NCBI GenBank assembly: GCA_036172245.1
Contig: JAYWIR010000001.1
Coordinates: 5,766,001-5,830,000 of the forward strand
Length of the DNA stretch: 64,000 nucleotides
Origin: Raillietiella orientalis
Taxonomy: Eukaryota
Reading direction: 5' to 3'
How positions within the stretch are numbered: position 1 is the first letter of the stretch; each line of letters begins with the position of its first letter. Under the pieces are notes generated by a model. It saw only the letters and a program-made list of their open reading frames with translations, had not been told where the DNA came from and made no database searches. Below are positions 61,001-64,000 of the stretch, piece after piece. A program made the translations under genes and the position numbers.

Positions 61001-61300
61001 GGCGGCTACACGGAAAATCTTCCCCGGGAGGACAACCTCCGAGGAAGATTCGCCTCCCCAATGAAAACGCCGGGAGGAGTCGCATGGGAGCGCCACCTGA
61101 CTCTCCAGAGAGTAACAAGACGAGAACGGCGACGTGGAGAGTCCGCTGCCCTTCGAGGCCAGGTGACCAGAGAGCTTCCCTGCCTCGAAGACGCAATGGA
61201 AAAGTCAGGCAGGGGAGCAGCCGCCATCATCGTTTCCTTCGGCGCACGGACTGATTCCCCGGAGGAGCACGGGAAACCAATCCCTGGCCCCTTGGGGCGC
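55100..61300. mobile_element. Mosaic of LINE ORF1-like relics interleaved with (CCT)n tracts
   Basis: Degenerate zinc-knuckle-like LGRCRSCGRASQR (minus, ~60380-60415). The segments near 56700-56790 and 60470-60500 resemble each other. No intact ORF. Confidence 0.3.
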
Positions 61301-61472
61301 GGTGAACCTCCTCCGAGCCATTCTGTCCCCACCCTCACACCCCATTCATCCCTCTGAAACTCTCGCAACAAGCGCATCGGGAGTCTTCTGCGAGAGGTCA
61401 GCTCCGAAAAGACTCCATGGCACCACTCGCTGCCTTGGAGGAAGGGTGACGAGGCGGCTCTTGAAAGCAGCC

Positions 61473-61622
61473 GTGGACATTCGTGTGAGACAGTGGACAT
61501 CCGTTAAAATAAGTGGACATTCCTATGAGGCAGTGCACATTCGTACGTCAGCAGACTTTCGTAGGAAGCAGTGAAGATTCGTAAGTGGACATGCGCAAGA
61601 GACAGTGGATATACGTAAGAAT
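61473..61622. repeat. Degenerate ~20-bp minisatellite (consensus ~GTGGACATTCGTAAGAGGCA), ~8 units
   Basis: Recurring GTGGACAT(T/C)CG-like core at 14-20 bp spacing. Confidence 0.7.
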
Positions 61623-61739
61623 ATATGCACCACCGTAGCTCCAAATCGTTCCATCCCCTCGATCGTCTTATCCACCCCTTCCCTCTTCCACCCATCATCA
61701 CTACAACTCATTTCGTGTAACACCCACAGAATCCTTCAC

Positions 61740-63290
61740 TCTAACAGTCTTTGAGCACCCACACAAACCGCGCCGACCCGACCACCTCCATGTCCTCCTC
61801 CGCAACCACGCGCTGCGAGCCATCGTTCCTTCGTCCGACCCCACCGCACATCCTCACTGTAAAGAACGGTCGCTTCCCAGGCAACCCCCTCGTCACCAAC
61901 ACGTTTTCGAATCTCATCTCCAATTCTAACCCTTCGACGCCGAAAAAAATTTTCTCATTATCCGGAGACAGAGGAAACGAATCTGACTCGCGCCGATCGT
62001 CACTCGAATCACGTAGGCCGATGCTGAGGAGCCGAGGCAGGCCGCTGCCGATTCTGAGAAGAGCCTGCTCCCCGAAGACGCCGCAGTTCAGCCTCCACAT
62101 CGGCAACTGCGTCATTGAACAGGAATTCCGCTGGCCATCCCTTCAGTGAAATTTCCCTCCATTCCAACACTGTCGCCCTATCAAGAAGCTACCTATGAAG
62201 GAGATCCATACGGTTCAGACGACGCTCCCTAGCAACCTCAATCGACTTTGCGCCTCTCCAGAAATCAAGGGACGCCAAGAGTCTTCTTCACCCCCTTCCT
62301 GCATCGTGGCACTTCCCGCCGCAACCGGAAATTCAGATCCGCAAGGAACGGAGGCTTCGCCCTGGCGCGATCCGCCTCCGCTTGTGCTGCCAACCAAACA
62401 TCGAATAGTCACGCGACCTCAGCACGGTCCAAAGCACCACAGCTGCTTGTCGTTCCACTGCCTCGCTTCGCTCTTAAGAAAATGTCCTCGAGGGAAACAT
62501 TTCCGGAGAACAGCTGCCAAAAATTCCTCGCCCTGTTCCCGCTAACCTATGCTTCCGACTCTCCCCTCCCCCCCTTCCGATTGGAACACGACTTCCTGTT
62601 AGTCACACCACGTACACCCAGCAGCAGCCCCCCAAACAAAGCTTTCCTTGGTGTGAACACCCTCTAGCGGCCGCCTCAAAGCCCACACACTCTGCTTTTT
62701 CAATCTCCGAGAATTGGCTCTGAGGCGAACACAAAAAAAAAAAAAAATCTCCCCCTGTTCTTCCGGTTACTAGAAACACGGGTTGACACTCTGTCGTGCC
62801 ACACGCAGAAGCAATCCTATTTAACTCTCCGGCATCTGAGCACCGCGTGTGCGTCGCCGTCTCCGTTTCACCTCGCGTTGCCCCGCAACAGAAACCTAGA
62901 CGGATGCAATTTGCCGTCTCTCTCTCTCTCTTTCTCTCTCTCCAAGGAACGGATGCATTGCCAACCATCCCACACGCACTCGCCCACAAGCAGTGCACCG
63001 CCGTCGTCGATGTGCGGAGCGACCTGGCGAGACCCCATCCCGTCCCCCTTCACCGCCCACCGCGTTACGATCTGAATGGCTTCGACGATTGCGAGGTCCA
63101 GTCTGCCATTCACGGATAAATGTACACTTACAGCATCGCATCAATACAAACTCCCACCTACGCATCCAAGATCAACGCAGCGCTTCCTCCTCCACCCTTT
63201 CTCGCGCGCTGCATCCCCGATTGGAATACCAAATTACCCCTCATTAAGGAAATCATTTGCTTCCAGATAATCGAAAGAACGATGTACAAA
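61740..63290 (+). mobile_element. Decayed Jockey/I-like LINE 3' half
   Basis: Post-RT-like segments and a C-terminal zinc-finger-like CAERPGETPSRP...PRYDL near 63010-63075. Confidence 0.35.
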
Positions 63291-63309
63291 CACGGGAGGA
63301 TGCGGTTCC

Positions 63310-64000
63310 TTGTGGGGTTTATCCATTAAGAAGCGTGCCCCACTAATAGAGCCCAGCACAGGCGAATCACGGAACTGCCATAGCCCCATCCCTTCCTTGT
63401 CCATTGTCTGCACTAGAGTGCCTAATTCTATTTCACAAACTGATTTCCTTAGGACAGCTACACAGGAAAGCCATAATTCCATTACAAAAGGGCAATGCCA
63501 ACGATGACTCCTACGGTTGACCCCATCTGCCGGAGCGGAATCCTGCAACCGTTTCCCAGCAACCACCAGCTCGAAATCGGCCTTGCATCCGCGACGAAAC
63601 GCTGCGGATGCGAAACCCACTCGGTCGGACCCATCACGCGCGCCCATCACGTCGCAAAAGGCTGACGATAAATCAAATTCGTCTCCGGCACATTCGGATG
63701 CTGCATTCGGTGCACGTGTTCGTCCGCGCTACACTCGGCAACGCGTCGGCCAGGAAGTCGGTCGTCCGCTTCCTCGCGTCTCGAGCAAAGTGTTCCCGCC
63801 AAAAAAAAAAAAAAAAAAAGAAGCAGTTCGCTCGATTTCCCGTCGAACAAAGACGGAGGAGAGCCGATCCCAATTACCAGATAATCGTTGGTCTCAAGAA
63901 AGTGCAACGGCTTTTGGCTAACTTTCAGCGCACCTCGCAGCAGCCTCGGAGCATCTTCTCCTTGCATCACGCAAGCGCAGGCAACCGCTGAAACACCGTG
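63310..64000 (+). mobile_element. Decayed CR1/Jockey-like RT domains 1-3, runs off the window
   Basis: RNCHSPIPSLSIVCTR (NYRPISLLS-like), RFPATTSSKSAL (GFR..ST..AL-like) and SDAAFGARV (D..KAFD.V-like) occur in the expected order. Confidence 0.5.

Overview
Eukaryotic (invertebrate metazoan, arthropod-like) genomic window. It holds two intact spliced genes on the + strand: IFT57/HIPPI (6 exons, 27931-29882, AT-rich, CpG-depleted, four 40-56 nt introns, candidate RFX X-boxes) and a DUSP10/MKP5-type MAPK phosphatase (3 coding exons, 46498/46720-51528, GC/CpG-rich, flanked by AP-1/CRE motifs). Most of the remainder is a mosaic of heavily decayed non-LTR retrotransposon relics in both orientations. 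These are mainly L1/Tx1-like (endonuclease, RT, zf-RVT and ORF1 remnants), with CR1/Jockey/I-like pieces near 53 kb and 62-64 kb, plus a probable pogo/Tigger-type MITE and short tandem repeats. Most long ORFs in the six-frame track are GC-rich noise or TE remnants. The most notable unexplained structure is a three-hairpin 3' end, with compensatory base changes and no poly(A) tail, shared by six diverged copies of one Tx1-like family. There are also patches of near-identity between otherwise old relics, suggesting ectopic conversion or duplication. TE boundaries are approximate and all comparisons were made by eye; no searches were run.
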